Source: Oikopleura dioica (taxonomy: Eukaryota; Animalia; Chordata). From it: a stretch of 64,000 bases of DNA. Location: assembly GCA_907165135.1 (NCBI GenBank), contig OU015567.1, forward strand, positions 3,968,001-4,032,000, written 5' to 3'. The notes under the pieces were generated by a model. It was not told the origin of the DNA. It worked only from the letters and a program-made list of their open reading frames with translations, and did not search any database. Each line of letters opens with the position of its first letter. Positions within the stretch are counted from its first letter, which is position 1. A program made the position numbers and the translations under genes. Positions 21,161-33,474 of the stretch are shown here, piece by piece.

Positions 21161-21914
21161 GGATATAGCCTGTAAAATTCAACTTTCGTAGCGGCTAAAC
21201 GCGAGGTCGGATCTTTTTCATTTCAAAAACAATCCTACCTAAAAATGCACGAAAAACTCAATTCTGGTATATTTTTTAAAATTTTCACCTAAATTTTTCT
21301 CTCTAGAGCGACTTGAAATCTTACGATCACGATTTCTCAAAATTTTTCCACTAATTCGCTAAAACTAAACCGTGTTCTCTGTTGTCATAATGCTAAGCTA
21401 GAAAATTGAGGGAATAAAATTCTCAAACTCGGTCATATTTTCATTCTAGTATTCTCCTCTTTCTTGCTCTTGCTTTTCTTCCCTGCGCGCTTTATCGCGT
21501 GTAGCCAATCAGAGCGCTCGCAAAAACACGCACGCTCTCCCGGAAAAGAGGAGGCGAGAGAGCGAGCACCGAGCGCAACGCTTTTTATAGCTTCTGCGCG
21601 CTGAGTTAGCCTCATGGAAAAGGCTGTAAAATCGGTTTCTTTCGGAATTAGAGAAAACTAAACCGTCAATTTTGTAGATAAAGGTCTAAAGAACCTATCT
21701 ATCGAAAAAACTCGACCGATTTAGTGAAAAATTTTCGAGGAATCGCGATCGTAAGATTTCAAATCGCTCTAGAGAGAAAAATTCAAGTAAAAATTTTTAA
21801 AAAAGTACCAAAATTGAATTCTTCGTCCATTTTTAGGTAGGATTGTACTTGAAATGAAAAAGATCCGACCTCGCGTTTAGCCGCTACGAAAGTTGAATTT
21901 TACAGGCTATATCC
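21161..21914. mobile_element. Non-autonomous TIR element, TTAA target duplication, GG termini (Kolobok-like)
   Basis: TTAA|GGATATAGCCTGTAAAATTC...GGCTATATCC|TTAA with long TIRs. A second copy lies at 57527-58279 in opposite orientation. Confidence 0.85.
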
Positions 21915-22027
21915 TTAATCCTGGTCACAAATTCTTCGATACTAAGTTTACTAAATCAGAACTCAGTTCATCAAACTAAATAAAGAAAAATATTGATTTT
22001 TTCATTATGAGCAAGAAGTAAGTTTAA

Positions 22028-22720
22028 GGGGGAGTATCACGCTTTTTTGAAAGTCGGTATTTTAATAATCTGTCTCGAGATTCTTGTAGCTTAGGCCTTG
22101 ACTAACAAAAAATATATTGAATTTTTTTCTTATTTTTCAGAAAAAGTACCCTAAAAATGACATTTAAAGTTGTTTACTCGCGCCTAGTGAAATTTTCCCG
22201 CGACATTCTGGATGAATTTCTTTTGCCCAGAGTCGTTTATTTCTTCATTTTTATGAATATTTTCAATCAGAGATAAATGTTTTCACAAGAAAATAGCAAA
22301 AAATAACCTATTCGTCACTTTTCACTGCTGATTGATTTCATGAAAATCTGCATTTTTGGAACCACTTCCTCAGACAAAAATTTTGTTAAGAATTTTTTGA
22401 GTTTTCAAATTTTCCTTCAAAACAGCCCTAGAGAAGGGGATGAACTTTCTAAAACCAGGAGCGACTTTATGATCGAACGTTAATTTCTTAGAAAAATTTC
22501 AATCCTCCGACAGGCCAAAATCGAGATTTTGTGAAGACGGGACTCAGTCTCAGCTCTCTACTGCGAAAACTGCTTGAGTAAATGAGAATCCGAGAAAAAC
22601 AGCCCTAGATATTGGTCATATCTAACTACTCGAGGAAGGATTTATTGGATACCTAAGGTTCTCTGGAAATGAGAGCAAATCTCCGACCCCCCTTTAGCAG
22701 AAAATGCGTGATACTCCCCC
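22028..22720. mobile_element. Second TTAA-targeting non-autonomous TIR element
   Basis: TTAA|GGGGGAGTATCACGC...GCGTGATACTCCCCC|TTAA (15-bp perfect TIR). Confidence 0.85.
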
Positions 22721-22782
22721 TTAAGTTATTATTATATAAATATCTTTTATATTTTCTTAATAATACTTTTTTATCAATTTAG

Positions 22783-23831
22783 GTCGCATTTCAAAAGGAG
22801 ATCCGAGCCCATCAAGATGAGCTCAAGGAGCACCCGGTTTACGAAAGCATCGATAGCCTAAAAGGCCTTCGACAATTTATGCGATTCCATGTCTTCTCAG
22901 TTTGGGGAAACATGAGTCTTGTGAAACGACTTCAAAGGGATCTTCTTTGTATGAATACTCCGTGGACTCCACCAAAGACAAAACAAACGGCTTCGATCAT
23001 TAATCAGGTAAAAAAATGATTATTGTCGTTTAGGTATAACGACTCCTTATTTTCAGTTGACTCCTGGAGAAGATTCAGCTTACGAGCTTTACGTAAAAGC
23101 TATGAACGAAATCGGATCAGGAAGGTTTAATTGTCCTAGATAGAATATTTTCAAAATTAACAAATATATTGAACCAGTGGAAAGACTCTACCGAAGTCAC
23201 TAAACTTGTTTCGATGATCGAGCGGGGCCAATCTTACGAAAACGCGCTAAACTCTCATCAATCCGTTTTCGGCGATACGATCCCAGAAGCAATCTACGAT
23301 CAGCTCCGCGAGACCTTGCGAATCGCCGAGAAGGGAAGCACTCATGAAGCGATGGCAGCACTTCTCTACAGCGAAGAAGAAGGGCTGACGATTCTCTTCC
23401 AGGACTTCCTCGACAACAAAATTTTTTCAAACGGAAAAAAATCAAACTCGCTTCATATTTATCTCCAGAAATACATGCATCTTGATCAAGAAAACTACCG
23501 TCAACATGCTGTTGCTGCCGTTAGGTTCGAAAGACAAGGAGATAAATGAAATAAAGATAATTTTTTTTCAGCGAAATTTGCGGCAAGGACGAGAAAAAGT
23601 GGAGTGAAGCGACAGCTGCGGCGAAAAGCGCGATTGAGATGAAAATTCACTTTTATGGCGAGATTTTGGAAAATCTGCCAAAGGTCGAGAAATGGCAGCA
23701 ACAAGGCGCGGATAACCCTGCAATGAAAAGGTCAAAATGAGAAGAGAATATTTTATCTTATTTTTGATTAAAGGATGCAAATGGTCCAGTTCTGGAATAT
23801 GTTCGCGAATCCAAATATGTTCGATGAGTAG
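22783..23831 (+). CDS. DUF3050-like (heme-oxygenase-like fold) protein, spliced; first exon/ATG unresolved
   Basis: [57 protein letters not shown] and [21 protein letters not shown] resemble my recollection of the bacterial DUF3050 pattern. GT-AG introns at 23008-23056, 23525-23571 and 23731-23773. Confidence 0.8.
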
Positions 23832-24173
23832 ACTCGATGATTATATTAGTTTATTGCTTCTTTACTTACCTGACCTTAAAGGCTACCTATCAAATAAATA
23901 ATAGACAATTCTCGTTCTCAAATCCATCTCATTGCAAAACGTGTGAAAAAACCCAAATAACCGGCAAAAAAATTCCCAGACAAGTCTTAGATCAAACATA
24001 ATTCTATTCTGTCTATCAAAAATGACCGCCCTTGCACCCCGCTCCCGCTGAGAAAACCGATTATAATTACACTCCCAGTCTTGCATAAGTAATCATCTGC
24101 GCCTTTATAACCGATCTCGTCGCTCCACTCCTCATCCAGTTTTTGAAAGAACCAAAAAGTAAAAAAAACAAAA

Positions 24174-25570
24174 ATGAAACTTTTCAAGTTTTTTTCCGTC
24201 GCCGGCTTCGCTGCTGCTCAATCGTCTCCTTGCACCTTGATCACTGCAACTTGCGATCACGAGGGCTTTCATGTTGTCCTCAGTGACACCTGCCGATCGA
24301 CCGACTACTCAGGCGTGACTGTCAATGAGGTTTATGCTTCCGGATGGACTCAGAACTCCACTCTCCCAGGTACGTCACTAATCAACAGAAAAATATGAAA
24401 TTTTTCGAGTCAAAATTGAATCCCCTTTTCAGTCTATGGCGCTCCAAGTGAAGCTCCATCAATGTGCCGCTTTTCCGTCGACCCCGCTGAATCGACACAG
24501 TACCTGATGGATTTCTCCTTCCTCGAGTGCGGCACTGACTACCCCGACTCCACCTCAACCGATTTGGTCTACCGGAACACCATCCAAGCGAATGAGTACT
24601 ACTCCGACATGCTCATGGGCGCCAAGATCCGCTACATGATCACGTGCACTGGCGATCGAGTCGCCGAAGTGACCAGTCAGACTGGCGACATCACCGCTGA
24701 AACCGAGTTGGTGACGACTGATAATCAGAACAAGCCCGCCAGCTGGGTCGACAACATTATCTCGATGAAATTTTACAACGATGCAGGTTACTCCGCGGAG
24801 ATGTCTGGCTCTACCAACGTCGTTCCCTTCGGCCACAACGTCTACACCTCCATCGAGCTCGACAACACCTGGGCCGACATCAACGTCAGAACCACCAAAT
24901 GCTGGGCAACTGAGTCCTCTGACTCAGCGTCGTCCCCTTCTTTTACGATCTTCGAGAACTCCTGCCCAACTCTTCAGTGGGTCAATGTTGATGACTCGAC
25001 AAATGGAGCTTCGGAAATTTCTCGATTCGACTTTAGATCGTTCAGATACCCCGGAAGCAATCAGATCCATCTTCATTGCGAGGTCTACATCTGCCACGAC
25101 GACGCCACCGATGTCTGCACCGTAACTTGCCCCTCCTCCCGCCGTCGAAGACGACAAGCCGACTTCGATTCCGACTTAACCACCCTCGCAAATGGCACCA
25201 TTATCCAGGACAACGGTCTTCCAGGTACTTTTGAGTTGCACATAAAAATTATCTTCATATATTTTTTTGTGAAAAGCTCACAAGAGACGCTCCGCTCGCT
25301 CGAACTCGCACCACCGCTCGAAAAGCCCTTCAACAAATGAATTATTATTTTTAGCTCCTAAGATTCTCTCTGCTACAATTGATGTTACCGACTTGGAAAC
25401 TCCCGTCGAAGCTCAACGGTAACGCTAGCAACCACTTATTTTTTAACCGTTTTCTAAGGGTCCAAAACAAGGTCGATCGACTTTCAGAGCTGCTTGGAAC
25501 AACCCGTTCGGAATTTTCCAAGCTCGCCCGAGTCATCAAGAAACTCCAGTCAGATGTCAATACCCTCTGA
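24174..25570 (+). CDS. Secreted ZP-domain protein with furin site and coiled-coil tail
   Basis: Signal MKLFKFFSVAGFAAA, ZP Cys pattern (FLECG, TKCWAT, FENSCP, HLHCEVYIC), SRRRRR site, last exon VQNKVDRLSELL...LQSDVNTL*. Confidence 0.85.
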
Positions 25571-25788
25571 AAATCTGGAAGAAAATAGCCGAAAACGTCC
25601 CCTTCTCGAACTTTATCCTCTAGAACAATTATCGCTGTTGTCTCGTCCTACCAATCTGAATGTTAATAAAATAATCAACAAAAAAAAAACTGCCGGCTTG
25701 ATAAAATTGACTTTTTGCACGTGACCTTACTAAGGGTATCGATCAAACTATGATACATGTTCTTTATTATATCAGATAACTTTTCATT

Positions 25789-26705
25789 TCAAAATCTTGG
25801 CAATTCGATTGGCTCTCCTTCTTCTTCCGGATGAAGTCTTCTTAGATGCTGCTCCATGGTGTCTTTTCGAAAGTGCGTGTGCGAGCAGAGACTACATTTC
25901 CATCGAGAAATGTGATGCTGCAGATGGTGTTGGTAGTCGCGCTTGAGATTTTCTTTATTGCTGAGTCCGTAGTTTTCAGAATTGATGAGCAAGTGGGGGC
26001 AGATTTTACATCTGAAGTTTCCATCGCCTTTCCCACGTTTTGGGACAGTCTCGATGTTGCGAATATGAGAAATGAGAAAGCCGACGTCTTCTTCTGTAAC
26101 CTGGTCAACCTGGATTCAAAAATGATGATCAAAAATAGAAGATGGAAAGTTACCATTTGGCTGTTTGTCAACGCCTCGATTATTTCGTTGACGCGGTTTT
26201 GATTGTCAACAGCGGAGTTGCAAGGTGCTCCATAAAAGTCCAAAAATGTTCGAAATTGCTCTTCGTCAACTTCGACTAGGCTTTCGGAAAACGGTCGTTT
26301 CAGCTTGATTTTTCGGCCACTGGAAAGGATAAATAAGATCATATGTAAAAAAAAAAGATTTTGTGTCATTTTGTTCGAATATTTTTCTTACTTTTTTGAG
26401 GCACTGATGACGGCATGTAAAAATGGGTCAATCGAAGATTCATCCCTTTTCTTCGACTCTGGTTTTTCCGGAAATTCCTCCTTATCGTCTGGTTTTTCGA
26501 AGAACTGTTGGAGTAAGGATCCCCCTTCCAATTGCTGAAGCTCAGCATCAAGAGCAGAATCGTCTGGTTTTTCATCGAAAAGTCCTGAAAACAGACATAA
26601 GATAATATTATAAGATAGTTGTTATCAAATAAAGAATATTTTAAATAAATACCGTATCTTACCGTTCAACTGAAGCTCTAACTGAAAAGTATCAAGTTCA
26701 TCCAT
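25789..26705 (-). CDS. Two-finger C2H2 zinc-finger protein, paralog 1
   Basis: CKIC...YQHH and WKCSLCSHTHFRKDTMEQHLRRLH after splicing. Acidic N-terminal exons; start approximate. Confidence 0.65.
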
Positions 26706-27346
26706 ATTTTTATCTTTCGTTTTTTTTTGATAAGTTTTACTTTCTAGCTCTTCTGACTCAAGACATAACAAGAGGCGTACTTTAAAAAGCAGCGAAACGA
26801 TCTCGTTAAATTTTCCTAGCGAAGGAATCGCGGGTTTCCGCCGCGGTAAGAATGCATAATCCAAATAGAAATTAGTGTTTGATCAAACAGTGACAGAATT
26901 ATGAGACAGAGTTTCCGAACTCTCTTTTTTTTCCCGTCATCGCGACGCCGTCGAAATAATTATTTCTTATTTCTATTTTAAATGGATATTTACCAAACAT
27001 GATAAATCAATTTGTCCTTCTCGTTTTACGATCGAAAAAGTTTAATAATCCACTTTCGTAAAAATAAAATAAATTTGATTTTTTCGTAAACGATTCAGAT
27101 AAAAAAAGGGAAAACTGACAAACAAAAAGTTCTAGTTACGCCCCTGCCTTTTCAAAAAGAAAGTTCACAATGGCAATTTTTAACGAATGAGTCGCCTCTC
27201 TTATTTATTACGGAGAGTCGAGGATTGCCGATGTTGTGCAGGGGATTTGTCATGTATTGACTATCTCATGAATTGAATCGCGCTAACAATATGTAGGCAT
27301 ATAAATTATATGATAAAATCTTTATTAAATCAGATAATTTTTCATC

Positions 27347-27894
27347 TCAAAATCTTGGCAGTTCGATAAGCCATCCTTCTCCTTGATGGATTCTTCGAAG
27401 ATGTTGCTCCATGGTGTGTCTTTGAAAGTGCGTGTGCGGGCAGTGACTACATTTCCATCGAGAAATGTGGTGCTGCAAATGGTGTTGGTAGTGTCGCTTG
27501 AGGCGTTCTTTACTGCTGAGTCCGTAGCTTATAGAATTATCGAACAAGTGTGGGCAGATTTTACACATGAAGTTTCCATCGCCTTTTCCACGCCTAGGAA
27601 CAGTCTCGATATTACGAACGTTCGCAACGAGGAAGCTGATGTCGTCGTCCGAAACCTGGTCCGCCTGAATTCTAAGATAATGATCAAGCGATGAGGTTAA
27701 TGATTACCATATTGATATTTGTAAGATCGTCGATTATTTTTTTGACGCGATTTGGATTCTCAGCCACTGAGTTGCCATTGGTTCTAGGAAAGCCCCAAAA
27801 TAGTCGAAATAGTTCCTCCTCATTTTCGAGAAGGTCTAAAATAATTTTTATTTAATTTTATTTCTAAGAAAGAGCTCTTTTTACCAGCCATCAT
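27347..27894 (-). CDS. Two-finger C2H2 zinc-finger protein, paralog 2
   Basis: MMADLLENEEELF..., CKICPHLF...KRHYQHH, WKCSHCPHTHFQRHTMEQHLRRIH. Same exon layout as paralog 1. Confidence 0.7.
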
Positions 27895-28344
27895 TTATCG
27901 AATGGATCTCGTGGAAAAAAAATTATAATTCTAATTTTGAGAAAATGAAATTGATATAGCGGCAATAAAAACAAAAAGTTCTACGCCCTAGTATTTTTAA
28001 AGACCGTAATACAATGACAATTTTTAACGAATGAGTCGCCTCTTTATTTTATGATTTGTTCATTTTGCAAATTTTCCGAAGTTTTGGATGATTTCTCGCC
28101 AGAGTTGGGGAGGCGTATGGAGGGAGAAGGTGACGGTGGAGATTCGAGGATTGCTGATGTTTTGCAGGGCATTTGTCATGTTTTGAATTTTGTCCACGCT
28201 CAACTAAAATGGATTGTATTGAAACCAGTTCCTTTATTTTTGACCCGGTCGTTACCTTGACGCCAATTGATTTTTCTCGTTTATGACTTCGATCTCGCTT
28301 ATCTGTTGTTTCCAAATGCATGTCAAAGTGCCTTAAAATTAAGC

Positions 28345-29202
28345 TCAGATTATAAACGAAAGCTTGAAATACTTTTCTCCGTATTTGTTAATTCGAATTG
28401 GCGAAAAACCCTTCACTTTGACCAAGCAATCTGGAAGATCAACTTCAGCGTACGAGTTGGACTTCATCATCGGTGGAATTGGCTGGTCGAGAAGGCCTCC
28501 CATCTTTTGCTTCGGGAGTTTGATAACATATTTTGGGCTTTTATTTTTTCCTGCGCCGAAGTTCTCGATCTTGATGAAAATTTAAAGGAAGCTGACAAAT
28601 GGCACCACCTTGAATGAATCTGATGTTGTAGCACCAAAAACATTGTCCATTGCCGCAATTTGAAGGTTGATCTCATTAACTGCGGCACTGATGTCTTCCT
28701 GGCTCTTGTTCAGACTCGATCGACTGAAGATTTTATTGCATAAATTCTTTTTTTATCAGATTAAACCTGTTGATTCTTTTAATCGCGACCAACTCTTGTT
28801 GCGCTTCTTTTTTGATCATCTTCTTTTTCTTCTGTCTTTCTTGCAATTCCTTGAGCTCATTCTTCGGATCGACTTCTTCGGCTATTTCTTCGTCGCTTCC
28901 GGAGGATGGCGCAAAGCTGCTGGTTGAAAGAAAGCTGTGGTCATTTCGGGTCATTTGCTGCTTTCCATAAAAACTGCCTTCTGTTTCGAGTTTTCGGCCA
29001 AGAGGGGATTTTGCCCGTCTCGATCCTAGTAAAAAATAAAACGAGAAAGAAAAGCGCTGATACCAGGAGTGCTGAGCAAATCAGGAGTAAGAAGGCGATC
29101 AGCATTGATTTGTGGTGAAAGGCGACGGGCTGCAACAGGTGAACGGCCACGTGACTGAGTTCTAGATGCGACGGATGATTTTCGTGAACCAGGTCTTCTC
29201 AT
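28345..29202 (-). CDS. Hypothetical protein (S/T-P-rich N-terminus, coiled coil, basic C-terminal domain)
   Basis: Spliced frame MRRPGSRKSS...LLTPDLLSTPGSRRAKSP...EVDPKNELKELQERQ...IENFGAGKNKSPKYVIKLP...KYFKLSFII*. May extend upstream to ~29600. Confidence 0.5.
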
Positions 29203-29932
29203 GACTCACAGGACAGAACAATATAAAATCAAAATTGTATTTACATTTTTCATTTTTTTCAAATTTATATTCTAACTCAACACCAATCGTTTAAGTAAAA
29301 TATAATAGGTTTACTTTTACCATTTAGTTATGGTTTTTGAATCATTTCCTTGGAGATCTAGATCTAGAACGTATTGTCGGGTTGTGGGGGGTACTCATGG
29401 TCACGTGAGTCTCCATTTGCTCAGGATCGTAAAGAGCAAGCCCTCGAACTCGAGTTTCTGTTGGAATCATCATCATGTCCTTATTTTCGGATAAAAAAGA
29501 AGAAGAAAAAAGAACGATCTGATTACCGGGAGGACAATATGGGAATTCATGGCTGGACAGTTCTCTCTTTCGGAAATCAAGGGCGCGACAGGAGATCAAA
29601 AAAGTGTTGGCCTTGCGGTTCTAGCCACGGAGCGAAAGGAAAAGTTTTTGATACGAAGGGCGCTTATCACTTAACCCAAGCACTTGTTGATCTTCAGGCG
29701 TCAAGGCCAAGTATTTTTTTGAAATATAAATCAAGCGCTTATCAGTTCTCATAAATTTTTAACTATGGATCGTCTTAGACAAATAATTGCCACTTTTAAA
29801 AAAATTTTAAGGGCGTCTAGAAGTTGCCAGAAAAATATTTGATTAAAGCATTAAGTCATGCAATGATCATCTTTATGTCAATAAGATTTTCAAAAATATA
29901 AAAAACCACAAGAAAAAACGAAGAAATTCAAA

Positions 29933-30564
29933 ATGTCAGAAACGGAAATTCAACAAATGCAGAAATCTTTAACCCTTATCTTGAAGAAACTAGAGCTGGC
30001 AGAAAAAGAAAGAAACGATTTGAAAGAAGAAAATAAAGTCATGAAAGAATCGAGCGAAAAATTGACGGAAAAATATTTGGAAATCGAAGGTAAGTTATTT
30101 TTTGAAAAATTTTATTTGAATGCCGGTAGAGAGGCATTTTTTGATGACTTGTGTAATTTGGCGCACTATAAAATACAGCAATGAAACCGGTTGATTCTTA
30201 AATAGAATAACTTCAATAATGAGTTTTTTAGGAAACCAGTCGATTCTGCAGAAAAAGAAGCAAATAGACGATGAATCAACCAAAAAGATCGAACTGCTTT
30301 TCAAGAAAATCGACTGGATACACAATACTTACAACAGCAAATTTCAGTATTTTTATTAGCGAAACGAGAAGCAAGACAGGGCGATTGCGTCGCTGGAGAA
30401 GAAAAACAAGCAATTTGCGAGACGAATAAAAGACCTTGAGGAAGCTCTTGCTATGATGAAAAAGAAATTCTCCCGATGGGAAAAGTTTCAAATCAAAAAA
30501 ATTTAGTTCGAACGAAAAAACTGAAACGAAGAATGAAGCTATTGATAAATTGTACAGTGTCTGA
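29933..30564 (+). CDS. Coiled-coil protein
   Basis: MSETEIQQMQKSLTLILKKLELAEKERNDL..., later exon AIASLEKKNKQFARRIKDLEEAL...KLYSV*. Confidence 0.55.
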
Positions 30565-31243
30565 AAGAATTAAAGAAGCGCATGATCAAATCTCATCCAT
30601 ACGTTTTTTCATTTGATTATGACGGCCATAAGCTCAGCAAATAGCCCGTGGTTGGCTTCGATACTGTTTTCAATAAACCAAAGTTGCGCATCTATCAGTT
30701 TATTTGTCAATTAATTGCAGCCTTGTTATTTAAATTCCAATGTCAAGAATTCATAAATATTTGATCATTGAAGATTTTCGCGTAAGCCGCGGTTTAGCTC
30801 TCGAAAAGCTCAGAATCTGAATGTTAAAAATACTGATCGAACTGTCCCGGAATGAAGTCAACAGTAATTGGAGTTTTTCTTTTTGCTTCAGCTCTAGGAG
30901 TTATGATCTTTTTTATTCAGCGTTTCGATCAAAAACCTATCACAATAACAAAAGAGGACGGAAAAGGTGAGATATCAACTAAGCTTGTTTAGTTTAAAAT
31001 CTTTATTCTTAAAGATTTTCGACTGAAACAACATAGACCAAGCTTTCTAGATATTCTACGAAGATCTTTCTCTCTCTGCCTAAATTATGATCATCCAACT
31101 CACAACTTGTGAGTCAAAATTCCAACTAAATGTTTGTGAAAGAAGTTTTAAACTGTATTCATCATTCAGTTTTTTTTTTGTCAAAAAGAGAAAGCGATTG
31201 ATACAGATTTTTGTTTGTTTATTTTTCAATTGATTTTTCCGGT

Positions 31244-32444
31244 TTATTTTCTTGGACTTCTTGCAATTTTCTTCGGGCCAGTTGGATTTCCAGCCACAAA
31301 ATCATATTCGCAGTCATAATTGTATCTGAACACGAAATCTTCCGGGCACATGTTCCATTCATCCTCCGCCTTCAGCACAATCGTCTCGAATTTCTTCGAC
31401 TCGACAAAAGAAGGTTCTCGCCCAAGAATCCAGAACTGAGTGTTTGTATGAGTCGCATTTAGGCGATAACAGTTCATTCCAGCGGCGTACTCGTCATAGT
31501 CAGTGTCAAGGACCCCTGAATATTTAATCATAAGAGCTTTTTTGCGGTGAAAACTTGGGTAAGCCATCAAAATTACGGATTCAAGTTGCCTCAGCAAAAC
31601 TGTCAGGGGATCAGTCGTGTCAAAATGATGAAAAGAATTTTGGTAGCAATTTTTCTTTTTTGTTTTTCTCAAGGAAGAGTCGTTGGTCCTGATGGGTGGC
31701 AGCCTCTTCGGCTACGATCCTACGAAAATTCGGAAGAAGAACCCCAAGGTATGTTTCTTTGGATTTAACTGATAAAAGGCGATATATTTTCATAAAAAGA
31801 TCACTTTTTTAACCTTTTTTTAAGATTTTTTAATGAGAGAAGATCATGGAAACTTTTTCGATATTATTCGAAAGTCACTATCCCTGTGCGTTAACGACGA
31901 CCACCTATACCACTGGTAGAACAGACTATGATAGGCTTCACCGTTACACTGTCTTCTACTTACAGTAATTTGGATAATACGGTGCGTCTTCGGGCGTGTA
32001 TTCATCAATAAAATCGACAAATAGCAAGTTGGGCGCTGTTCGTTCAAAATCTTGATACGCATAGCCAGTTGTCCATGTTTTCGCCCAGAGCCCGTCTTTT
32101 GTTGGGTTGATCGAAGTGTTATTCACGTCGATGCGGGACTTTTCGGCGTCGAAATCGTAGAAAAGCTCGATGCATTTTCCGTCCGATCCGTCTGGCTCAT
32201 TTGGCAAATATCGCTCTAGAATTGGGCTTATGTTTATTTAACGATGAAAAACGGGCTAGGAAAATTCAGGCAGAGAACAAAATTCTAGAGCCCCTTTTCC
32301 TGGATACCCCGCAAGATTCCACCAAATGCCCGAAAACGCTTCCGCATTGAAATTTTCTATTATCGGCGGAACTAGACAGTCCTCCGTTGTAGTCCTTGCT
32401 AGCGCAACTCCGACAAATCCTGCGACTCTCAACATTCTTATCAA
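31244..32444 (-). CDS. Lipocalin (apolipoprotein D-like), unusually long
   Basis: Signal peptide, CLVPPIIENFNAEAFSGIWW (SCR1), VLDTDYDEYA (SCR2), FWILGREP (SCR3). Confidence 0.8.
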
Positions 32445-32595
32445 TAATTATTACGAGAAGTCGATTTTCAAAGTTTTTGTATGGATTGTTACGATTGTCG
32501 AGCGTAAGAGATGAACTGAGTTTCGAAAGTCGACAAATGTCAGGGGTCATTTATTCATTTTCGCGTGACATTTTCAACACAGTAAGAAAAAACTT

Positions 32596-33183
32596 CTATC
32601 CGATTCGCTTCACGATCTTCTTCACAGTGCCAGTAGCCTTGTCATAGATTCGTCGGACGATTCTCTTAACTTCATTTTCTTCTTCTTCTCCCTCATCTTC
32701 CTCAATTTTTTCAATCTCTTGGATTTCCTGAACGTCCAGAAGCATCGCTCGTTGATTTTGCAGGATCTTAAAAGGTGTTAGTTTTTACTCTGATTTTTCC
32801 CATACTTGAATGAGATTCAATGTCGTTGTTGTTGCTTTTGCTGTTGTTGTGGTGGTGGTCGTTGTCGTTGTTGTTTTGGGACAATCGACCGCATGTGGCC
32901 AGTTGCAGATTTGGAGCTTCGGGTCAAAAACTGTTCCGCTTGGGCAGTTTTTGATGAATGTTCTTCCATGGGCGCAATGGTAGAATTTATTGCATTCTGC
33001 GTGCGGGAACATGCCTTTTACTGATTTCGATATTTTTCAATAGAAATAAATTTTTAAATAATGAACCAGTCCTGAACCCTTCGAGCTGCAAAAATTATCT
33101 GCACTGATTCCAGCAATGATAAATGTCTAAAATGTTGACTGTGAATTGTCATTAAAAGAAATGCTTACCGAAAATAATCTCAT
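32596..33183 (-). CDS. Secreted chitin-binding (CBM14/peritrophin-A) protein with Thr linker and charged tail
   Basis: FC..FPHAECNKFYHCAHGRTFIKNCPSGTVFDPKLQICNWPHAVDC, poly-Thr, last exon EEDEGEEEENEVKRIVRR...KRIG*. Confidence 0.85.
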
Positions 33184-33474
33184 TTCTCTTATTTTTTTCT
33201 TGTTTGACTCGTTTTAACATAGACGGTTGGTTTTTATAGAAAGCGACACTTTGAATTTTAAGTGTCTCTCCAAGAAAATAAAGTACTTCGAATTTCGTAA
33301 AAATTCGAATTCAAGACAGTGGAAAATAAATCAGTAGAAAGAGTTTATTTCTAAAAATCTCTTGTTGTTTGTAGAAAAAGACAAGTCTGACGTTTCATCA
33401 ACGCCGACTTGAGTCGTTTAAGAAGTAAGAATATGTACAGAACTGCAGCGCATAAAAAGCTGGAATCGGACTTT

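Noticed and set aside
21433-21615. 60-aa ORF present in both TTAA elements (also 57825-58007) as a transposase
   Set aside because: It is too short and has no DDE or Zn motifs; its conservation is explained by recent element copying.
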